Shown: in pieces, positions 43,004 to 55,220 of the stretch
How positions within the stretch are numbered: position 1 is the first letter of the stretch
How the letters are laid out: every line of letters begins with the position of its first letter
Source of the DNA: Eledone cirrhosa
Lineage: Eukaryota
Length of the DNA: 64,000 nt
Assembly: GCA_964016885.1 (NCBI GenBank)
Contig: OZ024750.1
Span: 53,382,001-53,446,000, forward strand
Direction: 5' to 3'
The notes under the pieces: generated by a model
Seen by the model: only the letters and a program-made list of their open reading frames with translations
Told to the model about the DNA's origin: nothing
The model's database searches: none
Made by a program: the position numbers and the translations under genes

Positions 43004-43411
43004 GGGAGAGATGACCCCTTAGCCTTTGTCAAGGCAGAATTCTAGGAGAAGGAAAACTCTGATATAACACCTGCAACCCTGATGGTATCCAATGATGTTG
43101 ACTTGTTCTTCTTTTTCGTAAATATCATCTTGGTTAAGAGAGTGGGACTGGCTTTGTGCAGTGCCTTTGCTCACTATAAAAGCTTCACAGCACAGGCATT
43201 GCTTTATATCTGGAGATCTCTCTGCACTTGTCGTCACATGGTACCATGGGCACAGCACTGTGTCAATAATTGTCACAAGTGTAGTGTTTGTACCAGAGTT
43301 TTCAAGTCGCTGGTTGGACTAAAAAATCACATTCGTTCAGCGCATCGGTAGGGGTTCTCCTACATGGATATAAAGTAGTGGCCGTACTCGAAAACGAGTC
43401 GGCAGCCACCA
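43004..43411 (+). mobile_element. 408-bp RTE-derived non-autonomous element (copy B2)
   Basis: Two visible substitutions versus B1. Confidence 0.7.
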
Positions 43412-43568
43412 TGTATGTATATATATATATGTATGTATAGATATATATATGTATATATATATATGTATGTATATGTATGTATAGATATATATATGTATAT
43501 ATATATATGTATGTATATGTATGTATAGATATATATATGTATATATATATATGTATGTATATATATGT

Positions 43569-43618
<50 letters not shown>

Positions 43619-43620
43619 GT

Positions 43621-43656
<36 letters not shown>

Positions 43657-43658
43657 GT

Positions 43659-43694
<36 letters not shown>

Positions 43695-43869
43695 GTATAT
43701 ATATATATATATATGTATGTATATGTATATATATATATGTATGTATATGTATATATATATATGTATGTATATGTATATATATATATGTATGTATATGTAT
43801 ATATATATATGTATGTATATGTATATATATATATGTATGTATATGTATATATATATATGTATGTATATG

Positions 43870-43907
<38 letters not shown>

Positions 43908-44106
43908 TATGTATGTATATATATATATGTATGTATATATATATATGTATGTATATATATATATATGTATGTGTATGTATATATATATATGTATGTATAT
44001 GTATACATATATATGTATGTATATATATATATGTATGTATATGTATATATATATATGTATGTATGTATGTATATATATATATGTATGTATATATATATAT
44101 GTATGT

Positions 44107-44147
<41 letters not shown>

Positions 44148-44424
44148 TATGTATGTATATATATATATGTATGTATATATATATATGTATGTATATATAT
44201 ATATGTATGTATCTGTATATATATGTATGTATGTATATATATATATGTATGTATCTGTATATATATATATGTATGTATATGTATATATATATATATGTAT
44301 ATGTATATATATATATATGTATATGTATATATCTATATAACTTTGAATAACTTTGAAATGTTTTGGCCAGTATTGGCCCAGGCCATGTCTAACTTAATAG
44401 CACCACCTGGCGAAGTCTTTCAAT

Positions 44425-47400
44425 TCAGGATTTGGGCACCATGGCCCATTCGAGAAGAGAATTACTGTTTGCGGAGACATATCCGGGTGTGGGTGGTTTG
44501 TCCGGGATTACTTGGAGGAATTTGTCCAAAGACTTCTTGAATTTTGTGTGGTCAGTTTCTGTTTTGACGTGTCCTGGTGTGATGTTGAAGAGAGCAGGGC
44601 CGATTGAGGTGAAATAATTGTGCCGTATTGTTGTTATGAGTTGCGATTTAGATTTTTGAATGGGACGGATAGCACGGGGCCCAAGCCTTGGGTGTATCTT
44701 GAAGGCGATGCCAACATCATTTGGGCAGTGATGATGGAACATTTTCCACATCATGCAGATAATATAACGCTCACGGCGACGTTGGAGTGAGTAAAGTTTC
44801 AGGTTTTCCAATCGACCCCAGTAGTCAAGGTCTGACATGCCATCTATCTTTTTCATGATTGCCCTCTGAGGAGCTTCAAGTTTCATGATACTTTGTTTCG
44901 TGTGGGGAGACCACAGTGGACAACAGTATTCAAGGTGTGGTCGGGCGAAAGTAGAGAAGAGAAGGATAATGGTGTGGGAATCTCTCGACTGGAAGGTTCT
45001 GAGGATCCAGGAACACATTCTGCGGGCCATGTCAACTTTGCTGCTTATATGCGTGGTCGAGCTTATGTTGCTGTCCACGGTTACTCCCAAGTCTCTGATG
45101 TTGTTAGATGCCACGAGAGTTTCCCCGGAGGGAAGGGAGTACGGGAGTTTCAGAGCATCCTCTTTTCCAAAGTGGATCAGTTCGAATTTGTCTTCGTTCA
45201 GTAACATGTTGTTCTTTTCTGCCCATTGGGTAACAGCCAGTAGGTCTGACTGAAGGCTTATCCGGTCATCCACGCCATTGATGACCTTTTGGAGCTTGGA
45301 ATCATCAGCGAAAATTTTAATGTTGCTGTGTTTGATGATGTCAGTGATGTCATTAATATAGATGATGAAGAGAAGTGGGCCCAACACAGTGCCTTGTGGG
45401 ACTCCACTACTGACTTTGGCTGGGCTTGATTTGACTCCCTCAACTACAACATGTTGGGTTCTGTTTGACAGGAAGCTCTTGATCCACTGCAGCAGCTTTC
45501 CAGTGACACCAATATTGGACAGCTTTCTCAGTAGAATGTTATGATCAACCCTGTCAAAGGCCTTGCTGAAATCAAGGTAGATAACATCAGTGTTGGAACC
45601 CTCTCCCAAGGCTCTCAAAATGTCATCAAAGTGATGCAGTAGCTGCGTCAGGCAATCCCTTCCATTACGGAATCCATGCTGGTTGAAGTTCAGCATATTG
45701 TTACTCTCAAGGAAGTGGGTCATTCGCGATCTCACCACTCTCTCAAATACCTTAATGATATGAGAGGTGAGTGAGATTGGACGGTAATTCACGGCAAGGG
45801 ATTTGTTTCCCTTTTTGAAAACTGGGACAACAGACTGGGATAGAAGGTTTTCTGGCACATATCCAGCATCCAGTGAGTTCCGCCACAGATTGGCAAGAGG
45901 AGATGCAAGTTGGTGTTGACACGCCTTCAAGACACAAGCAGGGAACCTATCGGGACCTACTGCTGAATTATGCTTGATTTCCTTTATTGCCGCCAAGACA
46001 TCAGGGGCGCCAAACGTTGTGTCCGATAAGGTGTAATGGGGAGTAACATCGCCGATACAGCCCAGATCGGCCATATCAGGATTGCCGAAAACAGAGCAGT
46101 ATTGTTTCTGCAGTATCTCACCCATGGTTTTAGCATTGTCTTGAAGAGTGCCATTTTCATCAATTAGAGGGCCAACAGTAGAGCCAGTGATTTTGTGTTT
46201 TTTTGCAAATGAAAAGAACACTTTGGGATTGAGTTTGATCTTCTCAATGGCCCAGGCCTCTTCAGCTCTTCTCTGATTGTTGATGAGGGACATTATGTTG
46301 TTTTGGAGGTTATGTTTTTTAATCTCTAGTGATGAAATGGCAGTCAAGTTGATGTGTTGCTGCTGACAGTATTTCAGCTTGTTGATTTTTTTGTTCGTTC
46401 TCTTAATTTTTCTGATGAGCGTTTTTCTATTTCTAGGGATTCTGCTCTTAGATTTGTTTATAGTTCTTAATGGGGTGTGTTTAACACATATGTTTGTAAC
46501 AGTGTCCACAAATGTCTGCCAGGACTTTTTGATGTTAGTGGGTGTATGAGTGTGCGTGAAGGACCAGTCGACATGTGCAAGATCATGACTGATCGCTTCC
46601 CAGTTTGCATTGTGGAAATCCATAGCGTCAAACGGATGGACAGGAGAGATGACATTGGGTTTGTATATTGGACGGTGGAATCTCAGATCACAGAGAACCA
46701 TGTCATGATCAGAGAGTAGAGTTTTCTCCACTGCAATATTGTGGATATTGTCAGTGTGATTGGTGAAAATTAAGTCTAGGACGTTTTTGTGGCACCTCGT
46801 TGGTTCGAGCACCAGTTGGGATAGGAAGAAATCATCCATGAAGTCAAGAAGCGATTCCACAGCTTCCCTGTCAGAGGTTGAGGCAGAAGAACCTGGTGGC
46901 AGGCTGTTTGTGGACCAGTCAACTCCGGGGAGGTTGAAGTCCCCCATCATTAAGATGCTGTCAGGGTGACACTCTTGGATGAAACACTTTATGCTGTTGA
47001 GGCATTCCTTGAAGCATGGTACAGGCGTTTGGGGTGGCTTATAGAGCCCAACTACTAATAGGTTGTTGGTTTGACTGAATACAGTGACTGCTTCACAGTA
47101 TCCATTAGTGAATATGTTCATAGCCTCTGTTGAGAAAGAATTATGGACATAAATGGCAGTTCCGCCCTTTCTTCTGCCAGCGCGATCAGCACGGATGGCT
47201 TTGAAATTTTTCACTTTCACCTCGGCTTCCAAGTGGAGGTTACTGAGATGGGTTTCAGTGAGGACGAAGAAAGGGATGTGGTTTGGATGGACATCAATCC
47301 AGTCCTCCAGGAATTTGATCTTCCATTTTTGAGTATTGGGGGAAGGGCTGATGCCTTGGGCGTTAAGCAAAAATGTAGAGGCGAGAGTGGATGGTTTTAA

Positions 47401-47562
47401 TTGTTTTGGTGTGTTGTTAATTTGTTTGTTTGTTAATGGCAGCAATGGGAGTTTGTGCAGTGGGGTGATAGTGGAGGGTGGTGCTGGGTGATAGCTCGAA
47501 TGTTTTTTTCCAGTTCTTTTGCCAGATTCATTATGGCTAAAAAAGAGGAAGAAGTTTCCTGT
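44425..47562 (-). CDS. LINE ORF2: apurinic-like endonuclease + reverse transcriptase (stop-to-stop frame)
   Basis: APE motifs [32 protein letters not shown] motifs [56 protein letters not shown]. No stops. The track's 'M' at 47445 is TTG; the frame is open to a TAA at 47563-47565. Confidence 0.95.
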   Translation of the reverse strand, partial: TGNFFLFFSHNESGKRTGKKHSSYHPAPPSTITPLHKLPLLPLTNKQINNTPKQLKPSTLASTFLLNAQGISPSPNTQKWKIKFLEDWIDVHPNHIPFFVLTETHLSNLHLEAEVKVKNFKAIRADRAGRRKGGTAIYVHNSFSTEAMNIFTNGYCEAVTVFSQTNNLLVVGLYKPPQTPVPCFKECLNSIKCFIQECHPDSILMMGDFNLPGVDWSTNSLPPGSSASTSDREAVESLLDFMDDFFLSQLVLEPTRCHKNVLDLIFTNHTDNIHNIAVEKTLLSDHDMVLCDLRFHRPIYKPNVISPVHPFDAMDFHNANWEAISHDLAHVDWSFTHTHTPTNIKKSWQTFVDTVTNICVKHTPLRTINKSKSRIPRNRKTLIRKIKRTNKKINKLKYCQQQHINLTAISSLEIKKHNLQNNIMSLINNQRRAEEAWAIEKIKLNPKVFFSFAKKHKITGSTVGPLIDENGTLQDNAKTMGEILQKQYCSVFGNPDMADLGCIGDVTPHYTLSDTTFGAPDVLAAIKEIKHNSAVGPDRFPACVLKACQHQLASPLANLWRNSLDAGYVPENLLSQSVVPVFKKGNKSLAVNYRPISLTSHIIKVFERVVRSRMTHFLESNNMLNFNQHGFRNGRDCLTQLLHHFDDILRALGEGSNTDVIYLDFSKAFDRVDHNILLRKLSNIGVTGKLLQWIKSFLSNRTQHVVVEGVKSSPAKVSSGVPQGTVLGPLLFIIYINDITDIIKHSNIKIFADDSKLQKVINGVDDRISLQSDLLAVTQWAEKNNMLLNEDKFELIHFGKEDALKLPYSLPSGETLVASNNIRDLGVTVDSNISSTTHISSKVDMARRMCSWILRTFQSRDSHTIILLFSTFARPHLEYCCPLWSPHTKQSIMKLEAPQRAIMKKIDGMSDLDYWGRLENLKLYSLQRRRERYIICMMWKMFHHHCPNDVGIAFKIHPRLGPRAIRPIQKSKSQLITTIRHNYFTSIGPALFNITPGHVKTETDHTKFKKSLDKFLQVIPDKPPTPGYVSANSNSLLEWAMVPKS

Positions 47563-48179
47563 TTAGAAGACTGTTGGTGACTGTGGTAGTGGTTATTTTT
47601 ATGTAGGTTATGGTTTTTGTTTTTGCTTTTATTTTTAATTTTATTTTCATTTGTCCGACGGGTCCCCGGGAGATGGGTAAAGGGACAATCCCGGTCTAAA
47701 CACAATCTGTCTCGCAGGGAAAAGCGGCAGATTTGTGGATTCCTTGTTTGAGTTATTGGTGGTTGTGTTGGTGTTAAATTAGAGTATGTATTATGGTGGT
47801 GGCTGTTTGTGGGGATAGATCGTTTTGTCCTAGGTAAATGGGTGAATTTGCAGCCACTATCCGTACATATTCTATAGCGTAGAGAGTAGCGGCAAATGAT
47901 GGGGTTTCGAGTGGGTGGGTATGTGGGTGTGTGTGTTGTGAGAGGTGTAGATGATGGTTTGGGTAGGATTTGACGACCTTTGTGGACTGTGGGAGGGAGA
48001 GTTCTTGTTCTGGTATTAGAAGGTAAATTCCTTGACATAGCAGTAGACAAAAATGTTGTAGTAGTAGTAGTAGTAGTAGGCAGAGATGTTGGCAGTGGTG
48101 ATGATTGGACTGCTGGGCCAGAGAAAGGATGTGGCGTTTCATGCTGTGAGACAGAGGCTACTGGGGGGTCAATAGCATT
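47433..48179 (-). CDS. LINE ORF1 C-terminal part: Pro/Thr-rich linker + two CCCH zinc fingers + Asn/His/Lys-rich tract
   Basis: Frame is open from the 5' junction ([16 protein letters not shown]...) to TAA 47433-47435. C-x8-C-x4-C-x3-H motifs at 47838-47894 and 47673-47729. Confidence 0.75.
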   Translation of the reverse strand, partial: NAIDPPVASVSQHETPHPFSGPAVQSSPLPTSLPTTTTTTTTFLSTAMSRNLPSNTRTRTLPPTVHKGRQILPKPSSTPLTTHTPTYPPTRNPIICRYSLRYRICTDSGCKFTHLPRTKRSIPTNSHHHNTYSNLTPTQPPITQTRNPQICRFSLRDRLCLDRDCPFTHLPGTRRTNENKIKNKSKNKNHNLHKNNHYHSHQQSSKQETSSSFLAIMNLAKELEKNIRAITQHHPPLSPHCTNSHCCH

Positions 48180-48313
48180 CTAATACATATGTATATATAT
48201 ACATATATATATATACATATATATATATACATATATATATATACATATATATATATATACATATATATATATACATATATATATATGTATATATATATAT
48301 ACATATATATATG

Positions 48314-48501
<188 letters not shown>

Positions 48502-48507
48502 TATATG

Positions 48508-48555
<48 letters not shown>

Positions 48556-48565
48556 TATATATATG

Positions 48566-48667
<102 letters not shown>

Positions 48668-48697
48668 CATATATATGTATGTATATATATATATGTG

Positions 48698-48734
<37 letters not shown>

Positions 48735-48826
48735 GTATGTATATATATATATGTATGTATATATGTATGTATATATATATATGTATGTATATATGTATGT
48801 ATATATATATATGTATGTATATATAT

Positions 48827-48994
48827 CAGTCCCACGCTGTAAATGTGGTTGGTGTTAGGAAGGGCATCCAGCTGTAGAAAACCCGCCAGACAGTCCTATG
48901 CGAGCAAGACAACCACTCTTGCCTCAAGTGGGAAAACTCCCGTCCAAACCCATGCAAGTGTGGAACACGGACGTTAAACGTTGATGATGATGAT
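48827..48994 (+). mobile_element. RTE-type 3' end fragment with (GAT)n tail inside (TA)n
   Basis: ggtgttaggaagggcatccagctgtagaaa...ggacgttaaacgttgatgatgatgat; same family as 55221-55400. Confidence 0.8.
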
Positions 48995-49313
48995 ATATAT
49001 ATGTATGTATATATATACTTATATATATCTATATATATATAATATATAAGATTAAAAGATGGTTAAAAGAGTTCCATGTATTTTATTATGCGCATTTCAA
49101 AAACAAATATGCGATGATATTTGCGTTTTCGTCAGATAAAGTAAGGAGACATGATATGAAGGTTAAAAAACACTTGTGAATAGTGCAGTTTTAAATCAAC
49201 ATATCTATATACATATATATGTATATATATATATATGTATGAATATACGTATATATATGTATATATATATATGTATGTACGTGTATATATGTATATATAT
49301 GTATGTATGTATG

Positions 49314-49355
<42 letters not shown>

Positions 49356-49359
<4 letters not shown>

Positions 49360-49437
49360 GCGTGTCGCCCAAAATGTCTACAGACTTCAATAGCATTCTA
49401 ATAAATATATATTTTTTTTGGGGGGGACACCCTGTTT
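49356..49437. mobile_element. ~80-bp internally deleted Tc1/mariner-like MITE
   Basis: TA|CAGCGTGTCGCCCAAAA ... TTTTGGGGGGGACACCCTG termini. Confidence 0.65.
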
Positions 49438-49455
49438 ATATATCATATGTGTGCG

Positions 49456-49486
<31 letters not shown>

Positions 49487-49766
49487 ATATATACAGTATA
49501 TGTGTGTACATATGTGTGTGTGTTTGTCTCTATTGCATGTGCAGCTTCTGAAGATACGTTTCTGTCCTGTAATTTTAAACCATCCCCCACCCACATACAC
49601 ACACACACACAACCACACACACTCACACACAACCACACACAACCACACACACTCACACACGCGCACACACGCACTCAAGATCGGAACTATCTCTGAGTCT
49701 AATCCTAACAAAATTAATGATCTTTATGAAAACTTTATTTCCCCTCTTGATATCAAACTTCCTGCA

Positions 49767-50197
49767 CCCCCAGCCCTACACTGATGTCCAGTTTAGAAGA
49801 GGTCCATTGTTTCCATGTTTTAAACTGCTCCCCCAGCCCTACACTGATGTCCAGTTTAGAAGAGGTCCATTGTTTCCATGTTTTAAACTGCTCCCCCAGC
49901 CCTACACTGACATCCAGTTTAGAAGAGGTCCATTGTTTCCATGTTTTAAACTGCTCCCCCAGCCCTACACTGACATCCAGTTTAGAAGAGGTCCATTGTT
50001 TCCATGTTTTAAACTGCTCCCCCAGCCCTACACTGACATCCAGTTTAGAAGAGGTCCATTGTTTCCATGTTTTAAACTGCTCCCCCAGCCCTACACTGAC
50101 ATCCAGTTTAGAAGAGGTCCATTGTTTCCATGTTTTAAACTGCTCCCCCAGCCCTACACTGATGTCCAGTTTAGAAGAGGTCCATTGTTTCCATGCT
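49767..50197. repeat. 63-bp minisatellite (~7 units)
   Basis: Unit ccccagccctacactgatgtccagtttagaagaggtccattgtttccatgttttaaactgctc. Confidence 0.95.
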
Positions 50198-52128
50198 TTG
50201 AAAAAGTGACAAACAGAATTAGGAAGGACATCCTCCTGTAAAAGATTTGTTAGCAAATTGCCTGAAAAAGTCCTAAGATCCCACAGATCTGTGATTTTGA
50301 AGTGTTTATATTTATCTAAAAACCTTCCATCATAGTTTTATGTTTACTTTTAAGTTCCCAGCACCACCTTAATAATTGTTTCTACTTTTGGCACAAGTCT
50401 TGAAGAAGTTATATTACCCTTCAAACTTTTTATTTTTAAAGTGCATTGAAAATCATTGGGAGTGTCTTTCACTAGAAATGTAATCAAAGAGCTGGGTAAA
50501 ATGGGCTTAATCCATTGCCCAGTTTAACACCACCTCCTGTCTTTTGGTAATCTATTGCCCAGTTTAACATCACCTCCTGTCTTTTGGGTGCCTTTAGCAG
50601 AGTCTAAGCATTAAACCATTTACATTATTCTGTATTTTCACAGTAAAGGCTTTACCTCACATAATATCGAATCTATGAGATTTTGTTATTATTTATGTTC
50701 AAAACAATACCTTAACATCAGTATGAGCAGCCAGTTACAGCCAGTTAGAACAGAAAGAGGTGAGAGAATTCTAGCTAGATATGGCTGGTTTAAATGCTAA
50801 AGGGTTAATAGAGACCTGGTTTCCAGTTTGACGATACCTTCTTTTTCCATCCCACACCTACTAGTCTAAGAAACCCCTATAAGAGGAAAAGGGCCATGGG
50901 CTAAACAGTAAAAGAAAGAAAAAAATGATTTATTCAAGTTTTTAACCTCTTTGTTATCAAACTGCCTGAAACCATTCCTGGTTCCACAAAGCTGTTCATT
51001 TTAAAGTGTTTATATTTATCTAAAAACCTTCCAACATTTATGTAAGAACTATTGTTAGTGTTCCAAACACCAGCTTTTTTATGAGAACATTCCCTTTTTA
51101 TTTTGTTTTTTTTTTATTAAATCCCCTGAAATTATTGACTATTTTTAAAATGATTGAAAATTTGTGTATAATAACCTTCATTAGAAATATAAGAAAATTG
51201 TTAAATATCTTTTACTTTGTTTTCTTGAGGTTCAGTTAATTTGAAAAGATTCATTCACCTTTCTGAATATTTAGTAAGTTAATAAAATAACTTTGGTTAT
51301 ACAAAACTGTTTAGTGTTCAGTAGTAAACATGCTTTTGCCATGTTTTAGGCTTTAAGCTTCGTTACATTTTGGTGTCAGTTTTCACTGACTTCATATCAT
51401 CCTGCTTATGTTATTTACAATATTTTCACTTTTACTTTACACTATCTTGCTAAAGTCATTTACTGTAGTACATCCAAATCTTTGATTCATTTTCAATCTG
51501 CTTTTGCTAGAAATATTTCATAAACAGTTCTCTTTCAAAAGTGCAACGTGTCCCCCACAACAAAGATACTACCGGTAAATTGGTGTAGTGTTGTTAGACC
51601 ATAGGACAAAATAATGTCTTGTGATATTTGTTTTGGCTGTCTGTGCCATCTAAGTTCAAATTTTTCCATGATCAGCTTTGCTTTCATCTTTTCAGGATTG
51701 ATAAAATAAAGTACCAGTCGAGGGTGGTGAAATTGGTAGAGTAGCAGAGGCCTTGCAGTATTTTGGTTCTTTCCATTATTTATGAGTTCAAATCCCGCTT
51801 AGGCCCACCTAGGTGATAGATTTAATCTGTTACTACCACCACTACTAGACCATTGGGTGCCTTTACTGAAGACCTCTGTTGCAAACATTTGGATCAGGCC
51901 TCCATTTTCAGGATGCCTTCTTCCCACCTGTCTCAGAGATCCTGAAGCAATGGTTTCTGATTTAGGCACAAGGCCAACAATTTTAAGGGAAGGGGAAAGT
52001 CAATTAAATCAAATCCAGTGTGTTACTGGTACTTTATTTTATCGACCCTGGCACCCTGGAAGGCAAAGCTAACCTTGGTGGGATTTGAACTCAGTAATAA
52101 AGCGCCATAAAGATTTTGTTGAAATAAT

Positions 52129-52328
52129 TGTCTCTACTTTAGGCACAAGGCCAGCAATTACCCAGTGCATTACTGGTACTTTATTTTATCGACCCCGTAA
52201 GGATGAAAGGCAAAGTCAACCTCGGCGGGATTTGAACTCGGATCATAAAGGGACGTAACTATGCTGGAAAGCATGGCGTCCGACCCTCTACTGATACTGC
52301 CAATCCACCGCCCAATCTATCCCATTTC
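52129..52328 (-). mobile_element. Full-length tRNA-SINE with 12-bp TSD
   Basis: TSD tgttgaaataat at 52117-52128 and 52329-52340. Sits among older SINE copies in 51570-52092. Confidence 0.85.
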
Positions 52329-53597
52329 TGTTGAAATAATGAAGTTTCACAAGTGTTGCCTTTCCTTCCCTGATTCTATGTGTGATAGCAGATTACAAGG
52401 TACTCCGTTGTATTTTTTTTGTCTTTCTATATCAGGAACTACATGTTCCAACAGATAATACTTCATTCATTAATCCTTTCGTTACCATATTTCTAATGAA
52501 AGGCATTGCCAATTGTTTCAAATAATTGTGAAAATAATCAAGAATTTAGAGGGAATTACTAAAACAACTTCATCACTAGTAAGCTATGTTTGGAACACTA
52601 CTTAAGAGAAATATCTTAAATAAAATTACTAACACTTTACAATGGCCAGTTTTGCATCATAAATCTAGGGTGGTTTTGGGACAGTTTGGCTTAAGCCAGT
52701 AGCATGTGATTTAAGCAAGATTTGACCATATTCCCTGAGTGACCACACAGAGCAGTGTAATCTTTTGAGCTCCATATCCCACCATATCATATCAGCAAAT
52801 TTGATGTTCCACTCAAATATAAAAACATGTTTGGTGTTAAGAAAATAACACTTAAAGGAATTGTCCACTTGAAGCATTTATACCCAAGGTGAAAATAACT
52901 GACATACAGGTTCCATCATTGGGTTAAATACTGGTTCTTTAATCTGTATCAGTAACATCAGATTTGCTTCATCTTGCAACATCCACACTATAATGAATGA
53001 AATGTAATTTAAAGCTCACACATATGCAAGTTTGCCTGCAAGACTGTATTTTGTACACGTTTTCTTGAGTGTTTTAATTATAAGGATCCCAGTCCTAACA
53101 TATTGTTACAGTTCACACCTATACAGGTTTAGCTGGCCTTTTGCTAGATGGTATTTCAGGAGCTTTCTTGAGTGTTTTAATGATAGTGACCTCAGTCCTA
53201 TCATGACAAGCAATGTGAAATGAAGCATCTGGCTCAAGAATCGAACCCACAATCTTATAATTGGGAATCTAATTCTCTAACCACTATGCTACTACAACAT
53301 TTCTATGTGTTTGATAGACTGGTTTCTCGTTATGTAAATTATTTTTTGAGAAGCCACCACATATTGTGAAGGTTGGGGGAGCTTTTAGTTACTAGTTATT
53401 CATGAGTAAGGATGATGTTGAATCTGTGTATTACTTTAATATATGCAGGTGTTAGATGTTATGTTCCTATTGGAGGATAGTTTCATGGAGTACTGTTTGT
53501 TCTTGCTCACTCTGCTTTCAGTTCAAATCTTGCCAAAGTCAACTTTGCCTTTTATCCTTTCAAGGACAATAAATAAAGTAGCAGTTCAGTACTAGGG

Positions 53598-53808
53598 TTG
53601 ACTCTCTCTCTGATAACTGTTGTGTTCCAACCTAGAGAGGGATAGACACCACTGGGCTTAGTTGACTCTCTCTCTCTCTCTCTCTCTGATAACTGTTGTG
53701 TCCCAACCTAGAGAGGGATAGACACCACTGGGCTTAGTTGACTCTCTCTCTCTCTCTCTGATAACTGTTGTGTCCCAACCTAGAGAGGGATAGACACCAC
53801 TGGGCTTA
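53598..53808. repeat. ~65-75-bp tandem triplication containing a variable (CT)n
   Basis: gttgac(tc)ntgataactgttgtgtcccaacctagagagggatagacaccactgggctta x3. Confidence 0.9.
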
Positions 53809-54242
53809 GAATGTTGATAGTATGCCATGTATGAAGATGGTGCCTCAACAACTCCATCAGGAGTTAAGGATCCTTTATTTCTTTGTGGTATCATCAGTAG
53901 AGAAGAGTTTGGTTAGATGTGATAGTAAATAGATCTTTTTGACATAGAGAAGTAGAGTACATGGGACATAACTGTGTCCTAGGAAAGGCAGATTACCTTG
54001 TTTGGCATAGCTTGACTGATTAAACTCCTTGTTTCACAGTTTGATGGCAACAGCGAGCCTGGCATACTCCAGTTAACTCATATTAGGAGGACAGTAGGTC
54101 TGATAAAGCAATGGCTATTTATAACAACTAGCCCAATCTATCCATTTATGTGGTAGTGTTAGCGCCATGAAAAATATTTGCAATGTGGTTTGCATTAGGA
54201 AGGGCATTCAGCCATATAAACCAAATAAAAATACAGAGGGGG

Positions 54243-54747
54243 ACCTGGTCACTTGACCTGGTCCCAGTACACGACAACCTGTCACTTGACCTGGTCCCAG
54301 TACATGACAACCTGGTCACTTGACCTGGTCCCAGTACACGACAACCTGTCACTTGACCTGGTCCCAGTACACGACAACCTGGTCACTTGACCTGGTCCCA
54401 GTACACGACAACCTGTCACTTGACCTGGTCCCAGTACACGACAACCTGTCACTTGACCTCTCTGACTTCAGAACATGACAACCTGTCACTTGACCTGGTC
54501 CCAGTACATGACAATCTGTCACTTGACCTGGTCCCAGTACATGACAACCTGTCACTTGACCTGGTCCCAGTACATGACAACCTGTCACTTGACCTGGTCC
54601 CAGTACACATTAAACCTGTCCATTGACCTGGTCCCAGTACACAACAACCTGTCCATTGACCTGGTCCCAGTACCTGTCACTTGACCTGGTCCCAGTCCAC
54701 GACAACCTGTCACTTGACCTCTCTCACCTCAGAACATGACAACCTGT
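54243..54747. repeat. 33/34-bp minisatellite (~15 units) inside an RTE-type 3' element
   Basis: Unit acctgtcacttgacctggtcccagtacacgaca. Flanked by ttaggaagggcattcagcc (5') and agcatggaaaatagacatcaaacagtgatgatgat (3'). Confidence 0.93.
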
Positions 54748-55220
54748 TTAACCTATGAAAGCATGGAAAATAGACATCAAACAGTGATGATGATAGTATA
54801 GAAAAGCATCCATCATCAACAAAACACTGGGAAACCTTCCTTCTCCAGCCCATCAGTGAGGCCCCCAAATACACAAACAAGCCGAATACAAAACACCTCC
54901 AGTCACATGAACATGTTTACTGTCTCTGACATTACCCCTTCCCCCCAAACTCTGCTCCAGATTTACCTCCTTTGCTCACCAAACACTTCAGTCCTTCTCA
55001 GTGGTTCATAATTAAAAAAAAATTTTTTTTTAACTTTTAAGTTGTGTCATGGCTACCCCCTAGTGCTGGTGATATGATAAAATGAACTTGGTAGTGTCCG
55101 GGATTGTGTGTAAGTTCTCGTTCACCTGTGCATCTGAGCACTTGGTAGAATACAAGAGCATATGTATTTTGATGCATCTTCTACTTAAATTTGAAAATCT
55201 ATTCAAAAGTGTTATTTATA

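Larger units (their letters stand above)
44338..48180 (-). mobile_element. CR1/L2-group non-LTR retrotransposon, 5'-truncated within ORF1, embedded in (TA)n
   Basis: ORF1 remnant, intact ORF2, and an 87-nt 3' region ending in (TTCAAAGTTA)2. Confidence 0.93.

Noticed and set aside
47443-47445. ORF-track start codon for LINE ORF2
   Set aside because: The codon is TTG, not ATG, and the frame extends 39 codons further upstream; it is not accepted as a normal start.
49717-50256. 21-aa repeat ORFs on both strands
   Set aside because: Translation of a 63-bp minisatellite.
54040-54155. AG-preceded open stretch as candidate next Trio exon (also ~29220, ~52436)
   Set aside because: No similarity to the expected spectrin-repeat sequence, and no in-frame donor I could support.
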